Positions 27,320 to 39,886 of a DNA stretch of 64,000 nucleotides are shown here, piece after piece; within the stretch, counting starts at the first letter, position 1, and every line of letters starts with the position of its first letter. Source of the DNA: Octopus vulgaris (taxonomy: Eukaryota). The translations under genes were made by a program, and so were the position numbers. The notes below the pieces were generated by a model. It saw nothing but the letters and a program-made list of their open reading frames with translations. It was not told where the DNA came from and ran no database searches. The stretch is taken from positions 29,512,001 through 29,576,000 of the forward strand of contig OX597815.1 of the NCBI GenBank assembly GCA_951406725.2. The letters are read 5' to 3'.

Positions 27320-28076
27320 TAAGGTGATGAAATGACAGAATCATTAGCATGCTGGGCGGAATATTTAGCAGCATTTCGTCTGTCTTCATATTCCGAGTTC
27401 AAATTCCACTGAGGCTGACTTTGCCTTTTATCCTTTTGGGGTTGATAAAATAAGTACCTATTTCTTTATTAACCACAAGGGGCTAAACACAGAGGGGACA
27501 AACAAGGACAGACATAGGTATTAAGTGGATTACATCGACCCCAGTGCGTAACTGGTACTTAATTTATCGACCCCGAAAGGATGAAAGGCAAAGTCGACCT
27601 TGATGGAATTTGAACTCACAACGTAATGACAGACGAAATACGGCTACGCATTTTGCTCGGCGTGCTAACGTTTCTGCCAGTCAATGTGATCAACTTACCA
27701 GTGCCGGTGGTACGTAAGAGAACCATCCAAACGTGGCCGTTGCCAGTGCCGCCCCGACTGGCCTCATGCCGGTAGCACATAAAAAGCACCATCCGATCGT
27801 GGCCATTGCCAGCCTCGCCTGGCCCCAATGCTGGTGGCACATAAAAAGCACCATCCGATCATGGCCGTTTGCCAGCCTCGCCTGGCACCTGTGCCAGTGG
27901 CACGTAAAAAGCACCCACTACACTCATGGAGTGGTTGGCATTAGGAAGGGCATCCAGCCATAGAAACATTGCCAGGTCAGACTGGGCCTGGTGCAGCCTT
28001 CTGGCTTCCCAGACCTCAGTTGAACTGTCCAACCCATGCTAGCATGGAAAGCAGACGCTAAACGATGATGATGATG
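27320..28076. mobile_element. Cluster: SINE C (+), SINE C (-), RTE 3' end (+)
   Basis: Family C forward at 27320-27458, family C reverse at 27460-27681, RTE end with subrepeats at 27698-28076. Confidence 0.8.
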
Positions 28077-28656
28077 TTTATATTTCCCATCAACCATATC
28101 TCCAATCTTTTTCATCACTCACTATGTTCACCTCTACCTCTATCTCTAACCATCTGTTACCCTCTTATGAAACTACATCCCCCTCTTCTCCCCACTCTGA
28201 TCTACTTTCTGTATTCTCTTTTATGCTTACCTTCTTCTGAGTTTGGTCTGGCACTCCTTCACTATCACCTTTATCTCTTTTGCAGCTACTCCTACCGATC
28301 CTCACATAATATGGGGAAGCTAGGTATCTTCTCTAGAGCAAGAAACCTGTACTTGTACTTCTATCATATTTTAGCCTTTCAACACATGGCGTAAAGCCAC
28401 CAACCCCTTTCAAATACTCTCACCACTGTACTTTTCCTGTCTTTCAAGTTACTCAGAAACTATAGTAGTGCCAGTGGCATGAAAAAGCCATCTAGTACAC
28501 ACTGCCAGGAGGTTGGTATTAGGAAGGGCATTGGGCCATAGAAACCATACCAAAGCTGACACTGCAACTCAGCACAGCCCTTCACAAACTGTCCGACCTA
28601 TGCCAGCATGTTAAGCAGATGTTAAATGATGATGTTGATATCTCTCTCTCTCTCTA

Positions 28657-28697
<41 letters not shown>

Positions 28698-29298
28698 CAA
28701 ACTAAAGTTAAAGAACAAACAAATGCAAGGTCATCCGTAAATACGGTTTCCTCTTTTTTAACTATAAGGCTTCTCTTACTTGAATAATTTTATAAGATTT
28801 CTAAGCGATGAACTTTTATTTTATTTACATGATATATATTATATATTTTTTATATGCCTCATATATATATATATATATATATTTTATATATTTTTATATA
28901 CCTATATATTTTTATATATTACTTTATATTATATTTTTACTTTCTAGATGTTGTAATGTTTTTTTAAATAATGTATTTTTCTGAATCGCTAAAGTATTAA
29001 CTCTAAACCGTGATGAACTTTTTTCTCACACCTTATTATATGCTTATTGCTTGTACAGATGAATTATGTTCCATCTTGCGGGATGTTTAAATGTATATTC
29101 TATGATTAAATGCTCAAATTATGAAATGTTATGCGGATGACCTTGCATTTGTTTGTTCTTTAACCTTAGTTTGATATATTTGTCTCTTTCAATAGAGCAC
29201 TTCTATAGCAGTCCTATTAATCTTTTTGTTCCTGACAAGAAACAATCACTGTATTATTGATATTTTTGCTCTTTTGAGCACTTCATATAGGCTGCATA

Positions 29299-30540
29299 AT
29301 GAATAAGCATTGTCTAGGTTTTTCCTCAAAGAACATTCCCATACCCTCGAACAATGCATACATGGAATCATTGATCCATCGAACCACGGAATTCATTAAA
29401 AGGCTAAGATGGCGAGCCTACTTCTTTGATTTGAAAAATAATAATAAGAGTGACAGCAGTTCTAATGAATCCAACATTCCCGGCGAGAAAAATAATTTTA
29501 ACCTTAAAACCTATAGAAATCCTCCGTCTAACCCAGCTCTTGCCAAGTTTGAACAGGACCTGATGAACTTAATTAAGCGTTTGAAATTTTCAAAATACAC
29601 CAATCCATTCCAGAAGCTGCTATCTCAGAAGATATCGTCCATGAAATCATCTCTCGACCTACATGTATTGTCCGATAAAACCGGAAATATTTACTCTGTA
29701 CCACCAAATTTGTATAACGACTTGATATTGAAGGAACTAAACTCTGGCTATAAACATGCAAGTAAAAATGCTATAAATAAGATTAATGCTAATCATTTGG
29801 AAATAATCTCTGATTTGGGCCTGCTTGATGGAACCCAATGTTATGCTCCAAATACTCCCCATGCTTTATTGAAGGACCATAAGTCTGATTTTTTATCTAA
29901 TCCTTCGATTAGATTGATATGTCCGACAAAATCTGATTTGGGCAGAATCAGCAAATTTATTATCGATAGTATTATCCCAATTGTGAGGGAAAAGGTCCAA
30001 CTTCCCTTATGGAAAGGAACTGAGGATGTGATACTTTGGTTTGACTCTCTCAAAGATAAACCTAAGCTCAGTTTCATACAATTCGACATTTCGAATTACT
30101 ATAGCTCTATAAGCCCTATCTTGTTAAACAAAGCCTTAATCTTTGCAAGGTTTGTAGAGATACCTGAGTCGGATATAGGGGTAATTTTGGCAGCAAGAGA
30201 AACACTTATCTCCTATAACGAGAGTGACTGGCAGAGAGCCGACTCAACAAATTTTTTTGATATAACCATGGGATCATCAGACTCTGCACAGGTGACTGAC
30301 CTAGTTGGCCTATATCAACTCTCGGAAATTAAGAAAAGCTTCCCTAATCTTACTGGTGGATTATATAGGGATGATGCCCTCTTTGCCGTGCTGGGCCTCT
30401 CTAAGATGGAATTAAACAGATTAAAGAAGTCGCTGAGAAGCTTCTTGAGGGATTTTTTTAATCTTGACATCATCTTTGACATTAACTCTAGGGTGGTAAA
30501 CTTTTAGGATGTTAACTTGTGTCTAAATACCGGTCTCTAC
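29299..30540 (+). mobile_element. Penelope-like element RT ORF (Naiad-type), 3'-truncated
   Basis: 402-aa open ORF with KNIPIPS..Y...LI....EFIKRLRWRAYFF, DKTGNIY, LKDHK.DF..NP.IRLICPTKSDLGRISK, FDISNYYSSI, TMGSSDSAQVTDLVGLY and GLYRDD; reads through the TAG as VNF*DVNLCLNTGLY, then breaks. Clade assignment rests on the recalled YRDD/KDHK signature. Confidence 0.85.
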
Positions 30541-31449
30541 ATGGCAGTGAAACATGGGCCATGACTACTGAGGACATGTGTAAATTGCAATGGAAAGCTA
30601 GTATGCTCTGCTGGATGTGTAATGTCAGTGTGCATACTCGACAGAGTGTAAGTACCTTGGGTGAAAAGTTGGACCTAAGAAGCATTAAATGTGGTGTGCA
30701 AGAGAGACGACTGTGCTGGTATGGTCATGTGTTGTGAATGGATGAGGACAACTGAATGAAAAGTGTCAGTTGAGGGAACCTGTGGAAGATGTAGACTCAG
30801 GAAGACCTGGGATGAGGTGGTGAAGCATGACCTTTGAACATTGGGCCTCACCGAGGCAATGACAAGTGACTGAGACCTTTGGAGATATTTTGTGCTTGAG
30901 AAGACCCGGCAAGCCAAGTGAGACCATAACGGTGGCCTATGCCAGTGCTGTGTAACCAGCCAATTTAAGAGTACCCTTCAATCATTGGACAATTAACTAT
31001 GCTCGTGAAGACCTGTTGAAGCAAGTGAAATTGCTGTTGTGGCCGATGACAGTACCGCCTGATTGGCACCCATGCCAGTGGACTGTTAGAAGCACCATTC
31101 GAGTGTGATCATTGCCAGGGCCGCTGACTGGCTCCTATGCTGGTGGCACATAAAAAAAGCACCATTTGAGTGTGGTAATTGCCAGCGCTATCAGACTGGC
31201 ACATAAAAAGCACCATTTGAGCATAGCTGATGCCAGTACTGCCTGATTGGCCCTCGTGCCGGTGGCACATGAAAGCACCCACTACACTCTCGGAGTGGTT
31301 GGTGTTAGGAAGAGCATCCAGCTGTAGAAACTTTGCCAGATCAGATGGGAGGCTGGTGCAGCCTTCTGGCTCACCGGCCTTCAGTCAAACTGTCCAAACC
31401 ATGCCAGTATGGAAAGCGGACGTTAAAAGATGATAACAATGATGATGAT
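30537..31449 (+). mobile_element. 5'-truncated RTE LINE (ORF C-terminus, 3' UTR and (GAT)n tail)
   Basis: LHGSETWA...MLCWMCNVS...ERRLCWYGHVL*M...GR.RLRKTWDEVVKHDL, typical of the RTE clade; the UTR is the source of the dispersed (GAT)n repeats. Confidence 0.9.
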
Positions 31450-32335
31450 ACTAATATAAACTTTATTGACTGCACATACACAATGTATGTGTTTTGTTTG
31501 TTCACCAGCTCAAAATATTGGTATCCTTCACTCCTGAATAGAATATGGAGCAAGTTGCCTCACCTGACTGTCACTTTCAAGCAAAAACAAATGTGTGGTC
31601 AATAATGTTTACAACACTAGCACTGCTTATAATTTGTTACTAAATTTAATCTTATGTGTGTATCATTGTGGCATACTAGCAAATAGTTTTTACATGTAGT
31701 CATAGACTGGTGATTCAGTTTACTCCTGGTTTGATTTAGGTATGTGATGTTGATAAGCCATAAAAATGGTAAAATATCAATATCTATCAGTCTTGAATGA
31801 GATCTGGAGCAAGTTGTCTTACCTGTCTATAACATTCAGGTGTTTTAACATCCAGTGCAATGAGAGAGTCATCCTCCAGGTTCCTTACTGCAAGGAACTG
31901 GCAAACAAACAAAACACACCACATTGAGTATGTATGGTTGATAATGTTTACAACACTAGTAATGCTTTTAATTCATTACTGAATATGTGTGTGCATATGC
32001 GTGTGTGTGTATATATGTTTGTGCATGCTGTATGTATGTGTGTGTATATATAAATAGATATATATTAGTTTGTAATGCTATGTGGTTTGTGCCTAGTGAC
32101 TGCAGAGATGTTCTAATTCATTATTTAGCATATTTCCAGCACAAGACACTAATAGTAGCATAAAAACATGTACTATGTCTATTAAATAATACTTATCTCT
32201 CAGCAGATGGAGTACTATTTTTGTTGGTCTTACTACCATGGAACAGTACATTTTATATATATATATATATATATAATGTTCTGTTCTATGGTCTGTCCAA
32301 CCCATGCTAGGTTGGAAAACAGACGTTAAACGATC

Positions 32336-32410
<75 letters not shown>

Positions 32411-33189
32411 ACATGGTGTATATTAAAAACGCTAATAAAATTTAAAGTAGTTAAACTACAGTTTTTATACTTAACTCTGTATAACTTTAAATGTATGTGA
32501 ATAAACGTTTATTCTCCACATTCATAGATTTTGTAATACAAGCTGTCAGCAGCATAAATATTTATGAATTATTTATTCAAGCTTGGTATACAAATTAATT
32601 TAACCATTACATCTAAGTTCTAGTTTGTGTTTGATTTAAATAGATATTTGCTATATATTCTTCATATGGGCAAAGAGATGAAAAGTTACTTGTCCTTTGA
32701 TGACTGGTTAACACACTGTGAAAAACATTAGAAAAGTTTCCATTGTTTTTCTGTGTATGAAGTGAAGAAAAAGATGAATTCTCATTGGTCATATTTCTAC
32801 AGTGAAGGGCTTAAGAATTGCAGTGTTAACTACTCTAAACACACACAAACACACATAGAGGGTCATTTACAGAATTAACCTGATGGTTTTTAAAATGGAG
32901 ATAATTTGACTAACAGAGATGTTCATTTGTGTTGAGCATCTATATGACATCATTTCAATAGTTATGAAGAATGGAATGTGTGACATCATACTTATTGTGA
33001 TCAGGATATTTTTTTAAGTGTTGACTTGTTTACTCATATGCAGCAAAAGTTTCAATTGCATTTTAATGGGGGCTACTATGGAAAAGTATTGAGTCAAAAT
33101 ATGATTTGGTATGGATAGAAAACTTCATACTAACTGGTTTAGTATTGGAAGAGAAATTTTCACATCGTGTATACAGTGTCCAAACACTA

Positions 33190-33433
33190 GGTGAGCTGGC
33201 AAGGCAGCGAGCTGGCAGAAACTTTAGCACGCCGGGTGAAATGTGTAGCTGTATTTCGTCTGTCGTTACGTTCCGAGTTCAAATTCCGCCGAGGTCGACT
33301 TTGCCTTTCATCCTCTCGGGGTCGATAAATTATGTACCAATTACGCACTGGGGTCGATATAATCGACTTCATCCCTTTGTCAGTCCTTGTTTGTCCCCTC
33401 TGTGTTTAGCCCCTTGTGGGTAGTAAAGAAATA
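33190..33433 (+). mobile_element. SINE family C, young full-length copy
   Basis: gagctggcagaaac.ttagcacgccggg...gagttcaaattccgccgaggtcgactttgcctttcatcc...agccccttgtgggtagtaaagaaata; CpGs retained. Confidence 0.88.
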
Positions 33434-33702
33434 AATATTAAATTTGTTATGTGGATTGCTGTGAACAGACTTCATCTCTCATCATTGAAGCATGATGCTG
33501 TACAAAGCATTTCAAATCACAGTGTTTAAGTTTTCTTTGTTATTAGTTTATGATTATGTACAAAATATATTAACTTGATTGAGAAAGCTGAAAGTGTGCA
33601 GGAAACATATTCTAATTGGGTAGATAACAGTATTTTTCCTATATTGATATTCATTATCAGCATCACTATTTCTCTTCTATTTTGTATACTTTGATCTCTT
33701 CT

Positions 33703-33824
33703 ATAATAATAATGATAATGAAATTATTGTATACAGTGCTCAGGTGCACCACAACTTGCCAGAAAGTGCATATAAAGTACATGCAGTAACGTAGAAATGT
33801 CTGGAAAGCGAACAATGTATGAGT
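33703..33824 (-). mobile_element. CR1-like LINE 3' UTR fragment
   Basis: Nearly identical to 36921-37038; shares gtgctcaggtgcac and the (ATT)n tail with the LINE at 60685-61070. Confidence 0.8.
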
Positions 33825-35085
33825 ATCAATATAGGAAAAATACCCAATGAGAATATGTTTTCTGCAAACTTTCAGCTTTTTCTCAGTTAAGTTAATATAT
33901 TTTATACACAATCATAAACTAATAAGGAAGAAAACTTAAACACTAAGTCTAACCAACTAAAATGGATATACTTTACTGATGAAACCTTAAAAGATAGAAA
34001 CATGTCCATTACTTGTTAACAATTGGCTTTAAGAATGAAATCAATTCTTGAATATATTGTTTATATTACCCTCTAAAATTTGGACGTTAAAATTTTTGGA
34101 GTTATCTCCCTTGCGTGTTTATAGATTTCTAAACACAATTTAGAGGGAATTATTTTGCTTATAATTGTAAGGACACTCTCAGCTAATTCAAGCTTTTCAG
34201 GTCATATTACATACGTGAGACCTTATTGTACATTTACTTAGTATAGCTCTCTTTTTACCACAGTACTTCCCCTTAGTACCAGTGTACACCCATATGGACC
34301 AACTATCTGCTTCCTTGAGTAAACTTCAGTTCCCTACACCAGAATTTAACTTAAATTATAATTAATTCTAACCACTTATTATTTTCACCTAATTTCCATT
34401 ACCAACTGCATGGTCATCTATATTAAGACTCAACGATTATACCTAATCAATTTCTTAAACTGATACCCATTTCTTCCTTTCCTTTTAGATTCGTATTTCC
34501 ATAGTTTTAAATTATTTCCAGATTTTAAAACTGGACTCCCACCAATGTGACTATTCTCTTTAATACTGCATCATAGTTACTTCCCTTTAGTTAATTATTT
34601 TTCTTCTCTTATTCTCTATATTAAACTGCACATCAAATCATAAGCTCTTCACATATTTATCTTTTACCTTACCATACTGGGGCATCGCCCTTGAAGGGTT
34701 TTCTAGTCAAACGAATCGATCTCAGTACTTATCATTTTAAGCCTGGTACTTAATCTGTCGTTCTTTGCTGCTGAACTGCTAGGTTATGGAGATGTAAGCA
34801 AACCTACACCAGTTGTCCAGAAGTGGTGAGGAACAAACACACACATACACACACACACACACACCTGTCTGTCTATCTGTCCGTCCGGATAGGTGAAATG
34901 CTGGGTGAAATGCTTTGTGGTATTTTGTCTGCAACTGCATTCTGAGTTCAATATCTGCTGGGGTTGATTTTGCCTTTCATCCTTTTGGGGTCAATAAATT
35001 AAGTACCAGTGAAACACTGGGGTTGATGTAATCGATTAGTTCCCTCCCCACAAATTCAAAGCCTAGTGCCTCCAGTAGAAAGTAT

Positions 35086-36092
35086 TGTAGAGACGACTGT
35101 ATGTAAAGGGGATGGTGACAGAAATGTCTCCTTTTAAACGCCGCACGGTTGCCTTACAAAGAAGAAGCCAAAATAAGTGCCAAAAGGAATAAAGCAAGAT
35201 GAACACAACTGTCTACTGTTTGAGAGAGAAGAAGACTTTATTTACAGAATGTGTACATGATAAGAACGTGTGTGTGCTAGCAGAGTGTGTCTGAGAGCGT
35301 GCGACAAATGTGTACGTGTAATAAGAGCGTGTATGAGTGCGTGCAACATAAGTGTGTGTCTGTGTGTTCGTGAGTGTGTACAGAACAAAGAAGAACAATA
35401 GAGAACAAATAGAAAATGAATCTCTCAGGATACAAATGAATGTTCAGACAGGATGTTGATAAATACCAGTTCAGTGTAAGTCACACCATAGCAGTAAGTT
35501 CTGTATCAATGAAGTTGGTGGCAAAGTGGAGAGCGGTTACTACACATGTAGAGTTTGTGGCTTTAATCCATTGCTAGGTTGCTTTGGTACAGAAGATCTT
35601 GCAGGTAAAGCTGAGCTGTTAACCCTGGTGAATATTCACAACAGAGTGAAGTTAAACCTGGAACGATGTTGGTGTTGGTGTGTAAGTAGACATGTTGGTA
35701 ATGTCGATAAGCTAAGGCGACGGTGGTAATGATGGCATCAAAGTGAAGTCGACAAAGGTGATGGCGACGGTGAAGAAAAATCCTGAGTTGCTGCCTGTTG
35801 GTGTTGGTGTCATCGCAGGAACATAGCTGAGTCACAGGAACTGGCTGGTCTGGTTGGGGTCAATAGTTGAGGACCTATAGTGAATTACTGAAGCCTTTTA
35901 AAGCAAAAGGTAGGCTCAAATTGGATTGTGAACAAGCTGTCTCACATGATCTTATTTTGGGACTCTGATTGGTTAGGTTGCATATTGGCATGACAGAGTA
36001 AGGGACAAATTGTGGCAATACCAACCAATCAGAGTGGTGGTCACAACAGGGTCCAAATAGCGACCAAAAGTTAACTGTTATCTGCTACGACA
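35086..36092 (-). mobile_element. Probable solo LTR (~1 kb)
   Basis: TG...CA termini (tgtag.../...ctacgaca); interrupts a SINE C tail; CCAAT boxes near 35965-36032; minus-strand AATAAA at ~35238; TSD imperfect. Confidence 0.5.
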
Positions 36093-36920
36093 TTATTTGT
36101 ACTGCATATCTAAGAGAGCGCGGATGCATTCCACCAATGCTACAGGATTATTATTATTATTACTATTATTATTATATTTTATTTCTTTTTATTAGCAACA
36201 AGTGTCCAAGATATAGAGTATTATGCAATGCCAAACTGCATAGGAAAATAATAAATAATAAAGTGGATGATTTACATTGAGTAATAGGAGAAGATTGACA
36301 ATAATAATAAAAACACCATCCACTACACTCTTGGAATAGTTGGCATTAGGATGGCATCCAGCCATAGAAGCCATGGCAAATCAGACTGGAGCCTGGTGCA
36401 GCTCCCTTGCTTACCAGTTTTCAGTCAAACCGTCCAACCCATGCCAGCATGGAAAATAGATGTTAAATGAAGATGATGACGATGAACGAACTAAGAAAAG
36501 AAAAAGATTCCTAAAATAACAACTACATATGGTGATTCACAGTTTTCCCTAACACAACCAAGGATTGCCCTGACATACCAAAGGCCAGTGCCTTCTCCCA
36601 ATTCTTATCAGAAACTTACAGCTGCATAGCTAATGTGGGTCCATTGAGCAAAACTGATTTTTCCAGGCTCCTGTTTCATAAAATTCATCCTTGCTACTCT
36701 TGTCTTCTTTCATAAGTAATAATAACAATACTCAGAATGTGATGATAGAAGAGATAACTGTTTTAACAAATAAACAGCGTAAATAAAGAACAGAAAGGAG
36801 AGAAATAATGAGGTGGAAAATGGAGAAAGGATGGAAATGGAGGAAGAAGAAGAAATTAATGGAAAATGGGAAGAGAAGGAAAAGTTAAAAGGGATGTTTC
36901 TTAATGGCAGTTTTTAAATA

Positions 36921-37130
36921 TAATAATGATAATGAAATTATTGTATACAGTGCTCAGGTGCACCACAACCTGTCAGAAAGTGCATATAAAGTACATGCAG
37001 TAATGTAGAAATGTCTGGAAAGCGAACAATGTATGAGTCAGAGACATGCTTGTGTGTGTATGGAGGGGAGAAAATCAAGTGTAGTGTTGGCGAATCTCAG
37101 GAAGCATGGAAGTTTTGAAGGATGCAGTGA
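36921..37130 (-). mobile_element. CR1-like LINE 3' end
   Basis: Minus strand encodes TASFKTSMLPEIRQHYT, homologous to the ORF end at 60750; same 3' UTR. Confidence 0.85.
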
Positions 37131-38404
37131 TCTTCTCAAAATAAAACGTCTGTTTCAAACACAATATTATGTCAAAAATCTTGCAAAACAATTACAAAAA
37201 TAAATAAATAAAATAATTAATAATTAGTGGGCTTAACTTTAATGATAAAGTTTAGAGTCTAAAATATAAATTTAATTCTAAAGGTGGTAGAAATAGTTCT
37301 AAATTGATATTTGTTTGTCCTGCAAGCAAGTGGTTGTGGAGGACAGTTCTGAAGTCAAGACTGCGATGATAATATTCAAATTGAGTAAAATAGTGCAAGT
37401 AGGTCACAGGGAATAAGTAAATGTGTGATATTTTTGGAAAAAAGAGTAAAATGGGTGTAAAGGATTTCTAATTTAGTGAATTAGTGATTTAATAAAGTAA
37501 TAAATTGGTGAAATTGCTGAATAAGTTGATAAAGTGGTGAAATTATAGAAAAAAATCAATAAAGGTTAACAGCTTTAAAAGAGGAATTGGAAAAACTAAA
37601 TTTAGGATAGGAGATGTAAAGGTGATAATAATAGGAATATATGTAGAAAAGTCAATAATAATGATGATTTTCATCATAAAACTAAGAGTTATTGATACAT
37701 GCATGCAATATCAATATCACAATAATGTAAGAGTAATACAATATTAGGAATGGAGGGTGTAACAGCAATATAAACTTTCTTAATTTTTTATTGTCTACAA
37801 GGGGCTAAACAAAGAGGGGACAAACAAGGACAGACAAAGGGATTAAGTCGATTACATCGACACCAGTGCATAACTGGTACTTAATTTATCGACCCCGAAT
37901 GGACGAAAGGCAAAGTTGACCTCGGCGGAATTTGAAATCAGAAAGTAACAGCAGGCGAAATACTGTGTAGTATTGGTGTCAAAAGGTTCATTGCACAAAT
38001 TGCAACCCGATCGCTAACATGAATCATGTCAAGTGATAAAAGTTTAAGTTAAGTTAACAGTCTTTGTGTGTTTCCACTCCTCAATCTTATTTTAGTTTCA
38101 ACACACTGTCTCAGATCAAATCATTTGCTTTACAAGTGCACCTCCCTTCAAAGTATGTATGTATGTGTGCGCGTGTGCATGCATACATGTGTAAGTAAGT
38201 ATGTATGTATGTATGTATGTATGCATGCATGTGTGTGTATGTGCCTGTGTGTGTGCTTGTGTGTGTACATGTGTATGTATGGACATATAGAAGTACATAC
38301 ATATGGAAAGATAGATGGACGGATGTACAAACTGACAGATGGACAGACATATATAGGTACTTTGATGCATACATACATACATACATACATACATACATAA
38401 AAAG

Positions 38405-38783
38405 TGGTACACCATCGGTTATGATGACAAGGGTTCTAGTTGATCCAATCAACAGGACAGCCTGCTCATGAAATTAACGTGCAAGTGGCTGAACACTCTA
38501 CAGACACATGTACCCTTAACATAGTTCTCAGGGAGATCCAGCATGACACAGAGTGTGACAAAGCTGGCCTTTTGAAATATAGGTACAACAGAAACATGAA
38601 GAAAGAGTGAGAGAAAGTTGTGGTGAAAGAGTACAGCAGGGTTCACTACCATCCCCTGCTGGAGTCTCATAGAGCTTTCGGTGCTTTTGCTCAATAAACA
38701 CTCACAATGCCCAGTCTGGGAATCGAAACTGTGATCCTACGACCGCAAGTCCACTGCCCTAACCACTGGGCCATTGCACCTCC
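38405..38783 (-). mobile_element. SINE family B inserted in (CATA)n
   Basis: Homologous to 2863-3250 along its full length. Confidence 0.88.
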
Positions 38784-39644
38784 ACTCATACATACATACA
38801 TATGTATCCAAGTATACAGGCTATTCTGAATTTCAGCCGTAGATAGGTTGTTCACAACTGTGGAGACAGGGGAAAACTCTGGAGTTTATATAGAGTTCTG
38901 TTAAAGTTAGCTGGTGCCTAAAAGTAGATTGGGTGTAAAGTATATGAAGAAGTGTGTAATGATGTTTTTAGGTATGTGTAGAAGCTAGAACTAAACTACT
39001 CCACTGTAATTGAATACCCTTTCTTCATTGAAATTTATTTGGGGAAGGTTGGACTAATAACATTTGATCTTTGCTTGTCTAAAAGTCCAAAGATCAGTTT
39101 ATTAACAGATAGTTTGCTAAAAGATGTTTATAATGTAGCTCAGTGGGGAATGAGGTCAGTGGTATACAGTCTCTAATACATAGACGTAGTGAATGGTAAT
39201 AGAGGTTGAATGACAAGAATGGTGGAATGGGGGATTAATGCAGATAGAGAAAGACGGTGGGGAAATGAGGTGTAGGGTACAAGTAATTAGAGATGAAGTG
39301 ATGGGGAGATGAGCAAAAGTGGGAGACAAAGGGTAGGTGTTGAGAATGCAGGGGTGCAGTGACATCATATGTTGATTTGGCAAAATACAAATATATTTTT
39401 GTCTACATTCACGCCTGTGTTCCCCACCACTACACATATACAGGCATATATTTGTTGTGTTGTGACCCCCTTCAGTCATGAATGACCATGGGATTACACC
39501 TAGAAGATTACCTCCGAGGCACAAATCTGGGCAAGGTTGTTTATGGAAGACTCGCAGTCGCCTACGCATACCATACATATATATGTATATGTGTTTGGTG
39601 ATTTTCTTTCTATGTCTTCCCTTCCTTGGACCTTTCCCTTTTCT

Positions 39645-39682
39645 GTGTTTCTGACGAAGAGTTCTGCTCGAAACGTTAAATC
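39645..39682 (+). ncRNA. Minimal type I hammerhead ribozyme motif in a Penelope-type pseudo-LTR fragment (~39595-39785)
   Basis: ttt-CTGACGA-a-gag(ttctg)ctc-GAAAC-GT-T-aaa: catalytic core, short stem II, palindromic AACGTT stem III, weak ttt/aaa stem I. Confidence 0.6.
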
Positions 39683-39886
39683 CTCCTTCTTTCTTTCCTT
39701 TCCTGAGCGTCCAATAACACTATGCTTGTTCCACGTCCTCGCGTTGTTGTGTTTTCTCTTTGTTCATGTTTGGAGTAGCTATATATGTGTATGTATATAT
39801 GCACAACTGGACTCTCTTGTCCAATTTCCCCTTCAAGTCATCCTTGTCACTCATTATCTCTCTCAATGCAGTATTCTGCTGTTGTA

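Noticed and set aside
30505-30507. Stop-codon recoding (selenocysteine) in the Naiad-type ORF
   Set aside because: The stop is TAG at the Leu of the conserved FLD motif, consistent with a point mutation rather than TGA-Sec.
37150-37760. Possible highly decayed Penelope-like remnants (also 34050-34660 and 38820-39400)
   Set aside because: Only vague motif resemblance; cannot be supported without a profile search.
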